In this document: positions 28,555 to 39,341 of the stretch, piece by piece
Layout of the letters: every line of letters starts with the position of its first letter
Numbering within the stretch: position 1 is the first letter of the stretch
Source: an uncultured Gemmatimonadales bacterium
GTDB lineage: Bacteria > Gemmatimonadota > Gemmatimonadetes > Longimicrobiales > RSA9
Length of the DNA stretch: 64,000 bases
Assembly: GCA_963728445.1 (NCBI GenBank)
Contig: CAVSJO010000008.1
Location: 122,333-186,332, forward strand
Direction: 5' to 3'
Position numbers and translations under genes: made by a program
The notes under the pieces: generated by a model
Told to the model about the DNA's origin: nothing
Databases searched by the model: none
What the model saw: only the letters and a program-made list of their open reading frames with translations

Positions 28555-29850
28555 TCAGGTGCGCTCGACGACCATGGCGAAGCCGAGTGCGCCGGCGGCG
28601 CAGACGGTGATGAGTCCGAGGCCCGCGCCGCGGCGCTTCATCTCGTTGAGCAGGGTGACGGTGATGCGGCCGCCGGTGGCGCCGAAGGGATGGCCGAGGG
28701 CGATGGAGCCGCCCATGACGTTGATGCGGTCCTCGTCGATGAGGCCGACCTTGTGGTCGCGGCCGAGGCGTTCGCGGGCGATGCGATCGGAGTCGAGCCA
28801 CTGGAAGTTGGAGAGGACCTGGGCGGCGAACGCCTCGTGCAGGTCCCAGAGCTCGACGTCCTTCATGGTGATGCCGGCGCGGTCGAGGGCGCGGGGGGCG
28901 GCGAAGACGGGTCCCTGGAGGAGCTGGTCCGAGGGCGCGAGGGCGGCGTAGGCCCAGGAGCGGATGAAGCCGAGGGGCTCGTAGCCGAGGGCGCGTGCCT
29001 TCTCTTCGGACATGAGGACGAGGGCGGAGGCGCCGTCGGTGAGGCCGGACGAGTTGCCGGCCGTGACGGTCCCGTGGCGTCGATCGAAGACGGGTTTCAG
29101 GGCAGCGAGCTTTTCGAGGCTGGTGTCGGCGCGGATGCCGTTGTCGCGGTCGACCACGGTCTGGTAGTCGGGGGGCACGAAGACGGGCGTGATCTCGGCG
29201 GTGAGGCGGCCGTCGCGGGTGCCCTGAAGGGCGAGCTCGTGGGAGCGGAGGGCCCAGCGGTCCTGGGCTTCGCGGGAGATGTGGTTCTCCTTCGCCATGC
29301 GCTCGGCGCTCTCGCCCATGGTCTCGCCGGTGGTCGGCTCGGCGATGGCGGGGGACATGGGCACGAGTTCGGACGGGCGGAAGCCGGAGAAGGCCCGGAT
29401 ACGGGCGCCCAGGCTGCGGGCCTTCGACGCGGCGACGAGGCGGTCCCTGAGCTTCCTCCCCACGAGGATGGGGATGTCGGTGAGGGATTCGGCGCCGCCC
29501 GCGACGACGACGTCCGCCTGGCCTGTCAGGATGTCCTGGGCGGCGGAGGTGATGGCCTGATTGGCGGAGGCGCAGGCACGGGAGACGGTGAAGGACGGAA
29601 TCTCCGGCGGCAGGCCGGCGCGGAGGCTGACCTCGCGGGCGATGTTGGGGGCCGTCACGGCGTGGACGACCGTGCCGTAGACGAGCGCGTCGATCTCACG
29701 GGGATCGAGGCCCGCGCGGTCGACGACCTCGCGCACGGCGATGGTGCCGAGGTCGATGGCGGTCATGTCGCGGAAGACGGTGCCCGCGCGAGCGAAGGGG
29801 GTGCGGCACCCTTCCACGATCGCGACGCGGCGGCCGCGGGAAGCGCTCAT
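28555..29850 (-). CDS. fadI: Acetyl-CoA C-acyltransferase (FadI-type thiolase)
   Basis: RTPF, APNIAREV, SRACAS, LHEAFAAQ, GHPFGATG, CAAG. Confidence 0.88.
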   Translation of the reverse strand: MSASRGRRVAIVEGCRTPFARAGTVFRDMTAIDLGTIAVREVVDRAGLDPREIDALVYGTVVHAVTAPNIAREVSLRAGLPPEIPSFTVSRACASANQAITSAAQDILTGQADVVVAGGAESLTDIPILVGRKLRDRLVAASKARSLGARIRAFSGFRPSELVPMSPAIAEPTTGETMGESAERMAKENHISREAQDRWALRSHELALQGTRDGRLTAEITPVFVPPDYQTVVDRDNGIRADTSLEKLAALKPVFDRRHGTVTAGNSSGLTDGASALVLMSEEKARALGYEPLGFIRSWAYAALAPSDQLLQGPVFAAPRALDRAGITMKDVELWDLHEAFAAQVLSNFQWLDSDRIARERLGRDHKVGLIDEDRINVMGGSIALGHPFGATGGRITVTLLNEMKRRGAGLGLITVCAAGALGFAMVVERT

Positions 29851-29866
29851 CGAAGCGAGGGGGCGG

Positions 29867-30337
29867 TCAGTCGGCCTCGGCCTGCTTGAGGCCCTCCTGG
29901 AGGGCATCCCAGCCGAGGAGAGCACACTTGACGCGGACGGGGAACCTGCTGACGCCGGCGAGGGCCCGGAGCTGACCCATGGCCCCGTCGCGTGCGGCCT
30001 CCTCGTCGCCGTGCATCATGTCCGTGAAGCGCCGTGCGACGCGGACGGCCTCGGCGGGGGTGAGCCCCGTGACGAGGTCGGTCATCATGGACACGGACGC
30101 CTGGGAGATGGAGCAGCCCTCGCCCATGAAGCGGGCCTCCTCGATGCGGCCGCCGGAGAGCCGGAGCTGGAGCCGGATCTCGTCGCCGCAGCTCGGGTTG
30201 CGCATGTGGACGACGGCGTCGGGGGCGTCGAGCTCTCCCTTGTTGTGGGGCCGCTTGTAGTGGCTGAGGATGACCTCCTGGAAGAGGCCTCCGAGCGCGG
30301 GAGGCGATCTGTCGGTCGTCTGCGCGTTGTCGGTCAC
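29867..30337 (-). CDS. sufU: SUF system NifU-family protein SufU
   Basis: EVILSHYKRPHN, NPSCGD, GCSISQAS, RVKCA; downstream of sufS. Confidence 0.9.
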   Translation of the reverse strand: MTDNAQTTDRSPPALGGLFQEVILSHYKRPHNKGELDAPDAVVHMRNPSCGDEIRLQLRLSGGRIEEARFMGEGCSISQASVSMMTDLVTGLTPAEAVRVARRFTDMMHGDEEAARDGAMGQLRALAGVSRFPVRVKCALLGWDALQEGLKQAEAD

Positions 30338-30519
30338 GATCGTCCCTCCGTGGACGGTCCAGGAGCCGGTCGGGAGACTCGGCGGGAACGGGCGGCCGGC
30401 GGCGCGCGCCCGGAGCGTCCCCCGGTACGTCGGCACGGGAGACAGTTCTGTAGGCGTACGGCCGAAGTGGCCTGCGCCGCAAGTCCCCCGGTCGCTTTTC
30501 GGCCGCGGAAACGGCGTCC

Positions 30520-31764
30520 TCAGGCGAAGAGCTCGCGCGCCTCGTCGAGGCCTTCCGCCAGCCGGTCCAGCTCGTCGGACGTGTTGTAGATCCAGCACGA
30601 CGCCCGCGTGGTCGCGGGCACGCCGAGTCGCCGCATGAGCGGCTGGGTGCAATGGTGACCGGCCCGGATGGCGACGCCGCGGGCGTCGAGCACGGTCGCG
30701 ACGTCGTGGGGGTGCACGCCGGCGAGCTCGAAGGAGAAGACGGCGATGCGGTCGCGGGCGTCAGGAGGTCCGAACAGGCGGAGTCCCTCCACGTCTCCCA
30801 GGCGATCGAGTCCGTGCCGGAGGAGTGCGGCCTCGTGGGCGGCGACGGCGTCCGGGTCGAGCTCGCGGAGATAGCGGATCGCGGCGGCCATGCCCACGGC
30901 GCCGCCGACGTTGGGGGTGCCGGCCTCGAACTTGTGGGGCGGCTTCGCCCACGTGGACGTCTCGAGGTCGACGTAGTCGATCATCTCGCCGCCGCCCTGG
31001 TACGGGGGCATGGACTCGAGCAGCTCCCGGCGCGCCCAGAGGGCGCCGATGCCCATGGGCCCCCCGAGCTTGTGCCCGGACAGGGCGTAGAAGTCGCAGT
31101 CCAGGTTCTGCACGTCGACGCTCAGGTGCGGCGCGGCCTGGGCGCCGTCCACGAGGACGAGGGCGCCGGCCGCGTGGGCGCGCTCGACGATGTCCCGGAC
31201 GGGGTTGATGGTCCCGAGTGCGTTGGACACGTGTCCCACGGCAACCATTCGGGTCCGGCCATCGGCCAGGATCGCGTCGAGCTCGTCGAGGCGGAGTCGC
31301 CCGTGTTCGTCCGTGCCGACGCCCCGGATGCGGGCGCCGGTGCGGGCGGCGGCGAGCTGCCAGGGGACGAGGTTCGAGTGGTGCTCGAGCACGGTGACGA
31401 CGATCTCGTCGCCCGAGCGGAGGCTCTGCCCCCACGCGGACGCCACGAGGTTGACGGCCTCAGTGGTGCCTCGCGTCCACACGACCTCGTCGGGTGCCGG
31501 GGCGTTCAGGAACTCCGCCACCACGCGTCGGGCATCCTCGAAGCGGGCCGTCGCGCGGACCGACAGGTCGTAGAGGCCACGGTGGACGTTGGCGTTGTCC
31601 CGGCGGTAGAAATCTGCGACGGCGTCGATCACCCGGGCCGGCCGCTGGGCCGTCGCGGCGCTGTCCAGGTAGACGAGCGGGTGGCCATGGACCCGCTGAT
31701 CGAGGGCGGGAAAGTCGCGACGCAGTGCGTCGACGTCGAGTTGCGCCGCGGGTGCGGTCGCCAT
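30520..31764 (-). CDS. sufS: Cysteine desulfurase SufS
   Basis: YLDSAAT, EHHSN, DGAQ, SGHK, EAGTP, RAGHHC. Confidence 0.95.
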   Translation of the reverse strand: MATAPAAQLDVDALRRDFPALDQRVHGHPLVYLDSAATAQRPARVIDAVADFYRRDNANVHRGLYDLSVRATARFEDARRVVAEFLNAPAPDEVVWTRGTTEAVNLVASAWGQSLRSGDEIVVTVLEHHSNLVPWQLAAARTGARIRGVGTDEHGRLRLDELDAILADGRTRMVAVGHVSNALGTINPVRDIVERAHAAGALVLVDGAQAAPHLSVDVQNLDCDFYALSGHKLGGPMGIGALWARRELLESMPPYQGGGEMIDYVDLETSTWAKPPHKFEAGTPNVGGAVGMAAAIRYLRELDPDAVAAHEAALLRHGLDRLGDVEGLRLFGPPDARDRIAVFSFELAGVHPHDVATVLDARGVAIRAGHHCTQPLMRRLGVPATTRASCWIYNTSDELDRLAEGLDEARELFA

Positions 31765-31782
31765 GCTGGCCTCCCGATCCGG

Positions 31783-32088
31783 TCAGATGGTGACGAAGAC
31801 GTCGTCGCCGTCGACCCGGACCTCGTATGTCTTCACGGGACGGATGGCCGGAAGGGCCACCGCCCGCCCGGTCGTGACGTCGAATCGGGCGCCGTGCCAC
31901 GCGCACTCGATGCGATCGCCCTCGAGCCGTCCGTCGGTGAGAGGGAAGTCCTGGTGCGTGCAGTTGTTGCGCACGGCGTACAGCGTGCCCTCCACGTTGG
32001 CCAGGCAGATGGGAATTCCCTCCGCCTCGACGCCGAGCGTCTGTCCCTCGGGGATCTCTCCGAGGGATGCGACGCGGTGCTCCGCCAC
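31783..32088 (-). CDS. Rieske [2Fe-2S] ferredoxin
   Basis: CTH...CAWH Rieske motifs. Confidence 0.92.
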   Translation of the reverse strand: MAEHRVASLGEIPEGQTLGVEAEGIPICLANVEGTLYAVRNNCTHQDFPLTDGRLEGDRIECAWHGARFDVTTGRAVALPAIRPVKTYEVRVDGDDVFVTI

Positions 32089-32089
32089 G

Positions 32090-33406
32090 TCAGCCGATCA
32101 GGGCGCCGATGCTCTCCCGCAGCTCGGCGACGACGCCGGGCAGCGGCAGGCGGTCCAGCACTTCGCCGAAGAAGCCGAAGACGACGAGGCGCTCCGCCTG
32201 CGTGCGGTCGAGGCCGCGGGTCATCAGGTAGAAGATCTCGTCCTCGTTGAGCTGACCCACGGTCGCCCCGTGGGAGCAGCGGACGTCGTCCGCCTCGATC
32301 TCGAGGTTCGGCAGCGAATCGGCGCGGGCGTTCCCGGACAGCAGCAGGTTGCGGTTCGTCTGGTACGCGTCGGTGCCCTGCGCCTTCGGGTGCACGCGGA
32401 TGATGCCGCGGAAGATGGCGCGGGAGCTGTCGTAGAGGGCACCCTTGTAGAGGAGGTCGCTGGCGGCGTTGGGCGCGACGTGGTCCTGGCGTGTGTTGTG
32501 GTCGAAGTGCTGCGAGTCGCGACCGAAGTAGAGGCCGAGCATGTCGCTGCGGGCACCCGGTCCCTCGAGAGAGGCGGCCAGGTCCACGCGGGCGACGGAC
32601 GCGCCGAGGTTGACGACGAGCGTGTCCAGGTCCGCGTCCCGTTCCGCGCGGGTGCGCTGCATGGACAGGTGCCGGACGCCGCGGCCCCAGCGCTGAAGGG
32701 CGACGTGCTGCACCTCGGCGGAGTCCCGGGCGATGATCTCGACGACGCCGCACGAGAGGGCGGGCGCGTCGAAATCCGGTGACGCGAACTCCTCGACGAG
32801 GGCGACGTGGCTGCCGGGCTCGGCGACGACGAGGGTGCGCGGGAAGACGGCGAGGCCGTCACGGGTTAGCCAGCGGGCGACGCGGATCGGCTTCTCGAGC
32901 CGCACGCCGCGCGGGACGTGGACGAGCACGCCGGCGCTCCACTGCGCGGCGTTCATCGCCGCGAACTTGCTCCAGTCCGGCTTCACGACGCTGCCGAGGT
33001 GCTCCTGCACGAGGTCGGCGTATTCGGACGCGGCGTCCGCGAGGTCGGCGACGACGACGCCGGCGGAGGCGGCCTCGTCGCCCAGCTCGACCGCCACGAT
33101 GGAGCCGTCGACCTGGAGGACGGAGCCCGCCACGTCGTGGCCCTCGAGGAGCGCCCGGGCCTCGGCCGGGATGTCCGGGACGAGGGTCGGGTCGACCGGC
33201 TCGACGCGATCGAGGGCGAGCTTGGAAACTTCCGTGTAGCGCCACTCCTCGAGCTTCGTCGTCGGGAGCGGCGTACGATCGTAGACCTCCCGCGCGTCGC
33301 GGCGCCGCTCGGCCAGCCACGCCGGACCGGCGGCGGCGAGCGCCTCGACGACGTCCGGGTCGAAGACCGCGGCCCCACTCCGGGACTCGGTCGCCAGATC
33401 AGCCAA
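32090..33406 (-). CDS. sufD: Fe-S assembly protein SufD
   Basis: [30 protein letters not shown]. Confidence 0.93.
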   Translation of the reverse strand: MADLATESRSGAAVFDPDVVEALAAAGPAWLAERRRDAREVYDRTPLPTTKLEEWRYTEVSKLALDRVEPVDPTLVPDIPAEARALLEGHDVAGSVLQVDGSIVAVELGDEAASAGVVVADLADAASEYADLVQEHLGSVVKPDWSKFAAMNAAQWSAGVLVHVPRGVRLEKPIRVARWLTRDGLAVFPRTLVVAEPGSHVALVEEFASPDFDAPALSCGVVEIIARDSAEVQHVALQRWGRGVRHLSMQRTRAERDADLDTLVVNLGASVARVDLAASLEGPGARSDMLGLYFGRDSQHFDHNTRQDHVAPNAASDLLYKGALYDSSRAIFRGIIRVHPKAQGTDAYQTNRNLLLSGNARADSLPNLEIEADDVRCSHGATVGQLNEDEIFYLMTRGLDRTQAERLVVFGFFGEVLDRLPLPGVVAELRESIGALIG

Positions 33407-34814
33407 CGCTGCCCTCCATCTCCAGCTCGATCAGTCGGTTCAGCTCCACCGCGTACTCCAGCGGGAGCTTCTTCGCGATGGGCTCGATGAAGCCGCGCAC
33501 GATCATGGTGGCGGCCTGCTCCTCGGACATGCCGCGGCTCATCAGATAGAAGAGCTGCTCCTCCCCGATCTTCGAGACGGACGCCTCATGGCCCACGCTG
33601 GCGGACTGCTCCTCGATCTCGATGTACGGGAACGTGTCCGTGCGGGACGTCTCGTCCAGCAGCAGCGCGTCGCACTCGACGTTGGACTTCGCGCCGTCCG
33701 CGCCCTCGTACACCTTGCACAGGCCGCGGTAGGAGGAGCGGCCGGTCCCCTTCGAGATGGACTTGGAGATGATCTGGGACGTCGTGTGCGGCGCGGCGTG
33801 GACGACCTTGCCGCCCGTGTCCTGATGCTGGCCATCCCCGGCGTACGCGATGGACAGGATCTCGCCGTGGGCGCCCGCCCCCACCAGGTAGCAGGACGGG
33901 TACTTCATCGTCAGCTTCGAGCCGAGGTTGCCGTCCAGCCACTCCATGTGACCGCCCTCCTGCACCAGCGCCCGCTGGGTCACGAGGTTGTACATGTTGT
34001 TCGACCAGTTCTGGATGGTGACGTAGCGGAACCGGGCGTTCGGCTTGATGATGATCTCGATCACCCCGGAGTGGAACGACTCCGTCGAGTAGACGGGGGC
34101 GGTACACCCCTCGATGTACTGCGCGTTCGCGCCGTCCTCCACGATGATCAGCGTCCGCTCGAACTGGCCCATGCGCTCCGCGTTGACGCGGAAGTAGGCC
34201 TGCAGCGGCGTGTCGACCTTCACGCCCTTCGGGATGTAGACGAACGAGCCGCCCGACCACACCGCGGAGTTCAGCGCGGCGAACTTGTTGTCGCCCGGCG
34301 GGATCACCGTGGCGAAATGCTCACGGAACAGCTCCGGATACTTCCGCAGCCCGTCCTCGATCGACTCGAAGATGATCCCCTTGTCCTCCCACTCCTTCTT
34401 CAGCGAGTGGTAGACCATCTCCGACTCGTACTGGGCGCCGACCCCGGCGAGCACCTTCCGCTCCGCCTCCGGGATGCCCAGCTTCTCGAACGTGTCCTTG
34501 ATCTCCTGCGGCACGTCGTCCCAGGACCGCTGCATGTGGTCCTGCGGACGGATGTAGTAGTAGATCTCGTCCAGCGTCGCCTCGAGGTGGGACAGGTCTC
34601 CGCCCCACGTCGGCATCGGCTTCGATCGGTAGATCTCCAGAGCCTTCAGCCGGAAGTCCAGCATCCACTCCGGCTCCCCCTTGTTCTCCGAGATCTGCCG
34701 GACCACGCTCTCGTCCAGGCCCTTCCGGGCCTTGAAGACCGGCCTGTCCTTCGTGACGAACCCGTACTTGTAGTCCTCGAGTCCCAGGTTCGAAACGGTT
34801 TCGTTGTACGGCAT
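33399..34814 (-). CDS. sufB: Fe-S assembly protein SufB
   Basis: [46 protein letters not shown]. Confidence 0.96.
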   Translation of the reverse strand: MPYNETVSNLGLEDYKYGFVTKDRPVFKARKGLDESVVRQISENKGEPEWMLDFRLKALEIYRSKPMPTWGGDLSHLEATLDEIYYYIRPQDHMQRSWDDVPQEIKDTFEKLGIPEAERKVLAGVGAQYESEMVYHSLKKEWEDKGIIFESIEDGLRKYPELFREHFATVIPPGDNKFAALNSAVWSGGSFVYIPKGVKVDTPLQAYFRVNAERMGQFERTLIIVEDGANAQYIEGCTAPVYSTESFHSGVIEIIIKPNARFRYVTIQNWSNNMYNLVTQRALVQEGGHMEWLDGNLGSKLTMKYPSCYLVGAGAHGEILSIAYAGDGQHQDTGGKVVHAAPHTTSQIISKSISKGTGRSSYRGLCKVYEGADGAKSNVECDALLLDETSRTDTFPYIEIEEQSASVGHEASVSKIGEEQLFYLMSRGMSEEQAATMIVRGFIEPIAKKLPLEYAVELNRLIELEMEGSVG

Positions 34815-34889
34815 CCTGTCCCTCGCTGCTCAATGGCGGGGCCGCACTGCTTCCGCGCACCCCGTTCCGCCTTCCTCCACGCCTCGGTC

Positions 34890-35672
<783 letters not shown>

Positions 35673-35717
35673 CCGTCTTCCTCTTGCGCTCCCGCCACGG
35701 GGCGGCGGGCGATTTTC

Positions 35718-35771
35718 AAGAATGATTCTCGGTATCAATGGATGATAGAGGCGGGACGGGGGGAGTGTCAA
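35718..35771 (-). promoter_or_regulatory. suf promoter TTGACA-N18-TATCAT followed by a Fur-box-like operator (35718-35736)
   Basis: -35 at 35766-35771, -10 at 35742-35747; GATACCGAGAATCATTCTT matches 14/19 of GATAATGATAATCATTATC. Confidence 0.65.
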
Positions 35772-36044
35772 GGCGCCGCCCTGCGGGCGGGGCACCGCGC
35801 CGGGGGCGCGGGGCACGGCGCGGGGCGCCGGGCACCGGCCCTTTGGGCCGGGGCACCGCCTGCGGCGGGGGTTCCGGCCTTTGGCCGGGGACACTGCGCG
35901 CTCGCTTCGCTTCGCGGGGTTCCGCCCTGCGGGCGGGGGGGCCGCGGGGTGGGCGGGGGGCGCTCGCGGGGCGGGGGGGGCGGGAGGTACTATGCGGCGG
36001 GTCGGGGTGGCGAATCGGAGGGACTGCGGCGAGGGACGGACTGC

Positions 36045-36854
36045 ATGGGCGGAACGGTGCTGGTGCTGGGGGGCGGGGGGGTGAAGGGGCTTGCGCACGT
36101 GGGGGCGTGGAGGGCGCTCGTGGAGGCGGGCGTGGAGGTCTCGGCGATCGTGGGGACGAGCATCGGGTCGCTTGTCGGAGCGAGCATCGCGGGGGGGCGG
36201 AGCTGCGAGGAGCTCGAGGAGCGAGCGCTGGCGCTTACGAAGTCGGACATCGTGGTCGTGAACCGCTGGACGCTGCTGCTGAACGGGATCCGGCAGACGA
36301 GCGTGTTCCAGGGGGATCCGTTCCGGGACTACATCGTGGGCGCGCTGCCCGCGGAGCGGTTCGATGACCTGCGGCTGCCGCTGGAGATCAACGCGGTGGA
36401 TCTGGAGTCGGGTGAGGAGGTCTGGTTCGGGGCGCGGGGGCGAACGGACGTGGGGCTGGCGGAGGCGGTCTACGCGTCGAGCGCGCTGCCGGTCTTCTAT
36501 CCCCCGGCTGAGATCGGGGGGCGTCACTACGTGGACGGCGGAGTGGCGGACGCACTTCCCGTGGAGCGGGCGGCGGAGCGGGAGCCGGATCGGATCGTGG
36601 CGGTGGACGTCGGAGCGGGGGGCGCGAGGGACGCGGCGGACACGGTCTCGAAGGGGCTGGTGGCCGTGCACCATCGCGTCTACGACATCATGAACTACAC
36701 GCGCAAGCGCCAGCGGCTGGACGCGTGGAGCGGCCCGCCGCTGACGCTGGTCCGGCCGCGTCTGGACGACCATTCGACGTTCGACTTCGGGGCCACGGCG
36801 TGGTTCGTCGACGAGGGCTACCGCGCGACGAAGGAGGCGCTGGCCCGGCTCTGA
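36045..36854 (+). CDS. Patatin-like phospholipase
   Basis: [22 protein letters not shown]. Confidence 0.9.
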   Translation: MGGTVLVLGGGGVKGLAHVGAWRALVEAGVEVSAIVGTSIGSLVGASIAGGRSCEELEERALALTKSDIVVVNRWTLLLNGIRQTSVFQGDPFRDYIVGALPAERFDDLRLPLEINAVDLESGEEVWFGARGRTDVGLAEAVYASSALPVFYPPAEIGGRHYVDGGVADALPVERAAEREPDRIVAVDVGAGGARDAADTVSKGLVAVHHRVYDIMNYTRKRQRLDAWSGPPLTLVRPRLDDHSTFDFGATAWFVDEGYRATKEALARL

Positions 36855-36865
36855 GGCGAGCCGGC

Positions 36866-36926
36866 GCTACCTACCGCTGCCTACCGCTACCTACCGCTAC
36901 CTACCGCTGCCTACCGCTGCCTACCG
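36866..36926. repeat. 10-bp tandem repeat GCT(A/G)CCTACC x6
   Basis: Read directly, between convergent genes. Confidence 0.9.
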
Positions 36927-37523
36927 TGGCAGGGTCCCGCTCGTGTCGGGCGGAAGCCCGAGGTCGGTCGGGGGGGCGGCAACGCTCCCGGGCGCGGCGG
37001 ACGGGACGGCGCCTGCGGGACCGGTCGAAGCCGCGCCTGCCGGAGTCTGTCCGGCGGGAGCCGTGCCTGCTCCCTGACCGGCCGCGCCGGTGCGGGCGGG
37101 GCCGCCGGAGGGCAGGGCCTGGTTGGGACCGCCGACGGCGGCGCTGAAGCGGGAGTACTGGGACGTCAGCTCCTCGGCGGCGCGAGGGTCGGCGCGGGAG
37201 AGGAGGGTGATCGTCGCGTCGCGCCGCTGCAGGAGTTCCTGCAGCTCGGCGGGCGCCGGCACGGCTTCCTGCCCGGAGAAGAGGACCTGGAGCCCCGTGT
37301 AGAAGTCGCTGGCGCGCTGGCGGGCGACCTCGAAGCTGGCCTGCTGGGCGGCGATGGTAGCGGCGCCGAGCGTCGCCTCGAGGTTCTCGAGGGCGAGGGC
37401 GTGGCGGGTTGCGTCGAGCTGGTCCTGCAGGTCGTTCGCGCGCAGGTACTGCCAGAGGAAGCCTGCGCCGAAGGCGACGAGCACGAGTACCACGGTAAGG
37501 AGGATCGAGCGTCCGCGAGTCAT
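36921..37523 (-). CDS. Hypothetical membrane-anchored coiled-coil protein with an Ala/Pro/Gly-rich tail
   Basis: N-terminal TM segment, helical body; overlaps the dacB stop. Confidence 0.7.
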   Translation of the reverse strand: MTRGRSILLTVVLVLVAFGAGFLWQYLRANDLQDQLDATRHALALENLEATLGAATIAAQQASFEVARQRASDFYTGLQVLFSGQEAVPAPAELQELLQRRDATITLLSRADPRAAEELTSQYSRFSAAVGGPNQALPSGGPARTGAAGQGAGTAPAGQTPAGAASTGPAGAVPSAAPGSVAAPPTDLGLPPDTSGTLPR

Positions 37524-39286
37524 CGGCTACCTCCGTCGGTTGCCACGGTCTGAAGGATACGGTCGATGGCGTGCCGCACGCGGGCGGACGGCAGCCCCGA
37601 GCCGTTGCTGAGGATGCTGAAAACGAGCTCCTGACCGGTATCGGTGACGACGAATCCGCTCAGGGAATTGACGTTGCTGATGGTGCCGGTCTTGGCGAAG
37701 AGCCGGCCCCGGTACTGGAGCAGCCGGTGCTCCAGCGTGGAGTCGTGCTCGCCGGGAGAGGCGAGGGCGTCGAGATAGCTCTCGCCCCAGGGCTGGAGCC
37801 GGACCCACGTCAGCAGGCGCACGAGGGCCGCCGGCGTCACGAGGTTCTGCGCCGAGAGACCCGAGGCGTCCTCGGTCCGGATGGCGAGCGAGTCGATGCC
37901 CACGCTGTCGTCGAGGAATCCGTGCAGCACGCGGACGCCCTCCCGCCAGCTGCCCTTCGCTCCCTCTTCGGCGCCGAGGGTCTTCAGCAGGTGCTCGGCG
38001 ATCCAGTTCTGACTCGGCTCGAGGACCCCCTTCACGATCTCCTTCATCGCAGGCGACGTCCGGACCGCCACGACCTCGCCGGGGCCCGCGGCGCCCGGGC
38101 CCGAGCCGCCCGGCGCCGAGCGGCTCGCCACTTCTCCGGCCGCGGCCGCGGGGCCGCCGAAGCGGACCTCGAGATCGGCAACCGCGGCGGAGTCGAACAG
38201 GACGCGCACGGGCCCACGGACGCGAACGCCGGCGTGCTCGAGGGCCGCGGCGAGCGCGCGGCCGGCGGTCCGGGCGGGAGACTCCATGGCGACCCAGCTC
38301 GTGCGAGCGTCCGCCGTCGACCGGACGGTTCCGGTGAACAGGAGCGTGTCGCCAGGCAGACGGTGGACGTCCCAGTCCGCCGAGTCGCCGCGAACGGTGC
38401 GCACGTGGTCGACGACGGTCACGAGCCCGGCCGGGCCGCCGACGTCGATGCGTGCCGCGCTGCCCGGGGTGCCCGGAGCGAGATGCACGGTGAAGGCGCC
38501 CTCGGCGACGTCGAAGGCGGTCACCGGCGCGGCGTAGTACCAGTCCAGGTCGCCGATCTCCCAGGAGCCGTTCACGGTGGTGCTGTCGAAGCGGGTCGCG
38601 TCGATCACGAGCGGCCCGTCGACCTCACCGATTCCGGAAGCGGCGACGCCGGCCGCGAGGGAGTCGAGGGCGCTCCAGTCCCCGGCGCCGAAGCGGGCGG
38701 AGAGGGTGGGATCGCCGCTGCCGCGCACGACGAGCGCGCGGGCCCGCGAGCCCGAGCGCCCCAGGGCCCGCACCTCCGTCCGGTACCGGTAGTCGGCTCC
38801 GAGGAGGGCCATGGCGGCCGTGGTCGTGAGCAGCTTGTTGTTGGAGGCCGGGATGAAGTGACGGTCGGCGTTCACGTCGACGAGGACGCGGTCCGAGCGG
38901 GGGTCGTAGACCTCCACCCCGAAGAACATGCGGTCGAACGGCGGCTGCTCGACGATCTGGCGCACCGCGAGCTGCAGGTCGGACTCGCCGGCCGCCGGCG
39001 TCTTCGCGCGGGGGTGCGCCGTAACGCGGCCGGGAGCGACGTGTGCGCCCGCGGGCTGCGGCGGGATCGGCGTGGGCCCGTACGCCGCGGCGGACGTATC
39101 GGCAGCCGGGCCGGCGCTCGGCGTGTCCGCCGGCGCGGGCGGCGCCGGCGCCGCTGCGGGGGCGGCGGCCGCCCCGGTCGGCGCCGGTTCGGTCGGCGCC
39201 GGTGCGGCCGGCGGCGCGGAGGCGGCCGGCGTGCAGGCCTGCATCGCGAAGAGGAGGAGCGACGTCGCCGCGAGCCTTCGTAGCAT
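37520..39286 (-). CDS. dacB: D-Ala-D-Ala carboxypeptidase/endopeptidase (PBP4, S13), lipoprotein
   Basis: PASNNK (SxxK), SQN, KTGT, DASGLS; lipobox MQAC. Confidence 0.9.
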   Translation of the reverse strand: MLRRLAATSLLLFAMQACTPAASAPPAAPAPTEPAPTGAAAAPAAAPAPPAPADTPSAGPAADTSAAAYGPTPIPPQPAGAHVAPGRVTAHPRAKTPAAGESDLQLAVRQIVEQPPFDRMFFGVEVYDPRSDRVLVDVNADRHFIPASNNKLLTTTAAMALLGADYRYRTEVRALGRSGSRARALVVRGSGDPTLSARFGAGDWSALDSLAAGVAASGIGEVDGPLVIDATRFDSTTVNGSWEIGDLDWYYAAPVTAFDVAEGAFTVHLAPGTPGSAARIDVGGPAGLVTVVDHVRTVRGDSADWDVHRLPGDTLLFTGTVRSTADARTSWVAMESPARTAGRALAAALEHAGVRVRGPVRVLFDSAAVADLEVRFGGPAAAAGEVASRSAPGGSGPGAAGPGEVVAVRTSPAMKEIVKGVLEPSQNWIAEHLLKTLGAEEGAKGSWREGVRVLHGFLDDSVGIDSLAIRTEDASGLSAQNLVTPAALVRLLTWVRLQPWGESYLDALASPGEHDSTLEHRLLQYRGRLFAKTGTISNVNSLSGFVVTDTGQELVFSILSNGSGLPSARVRHAIDRILQTVATDGGSR

Positions 39287-39341
39287 CGATTCCTTTCTGC
39301 GATCCGTGGACGTGCTCCGGACCCCGCCGTAGCTTGGCCGC

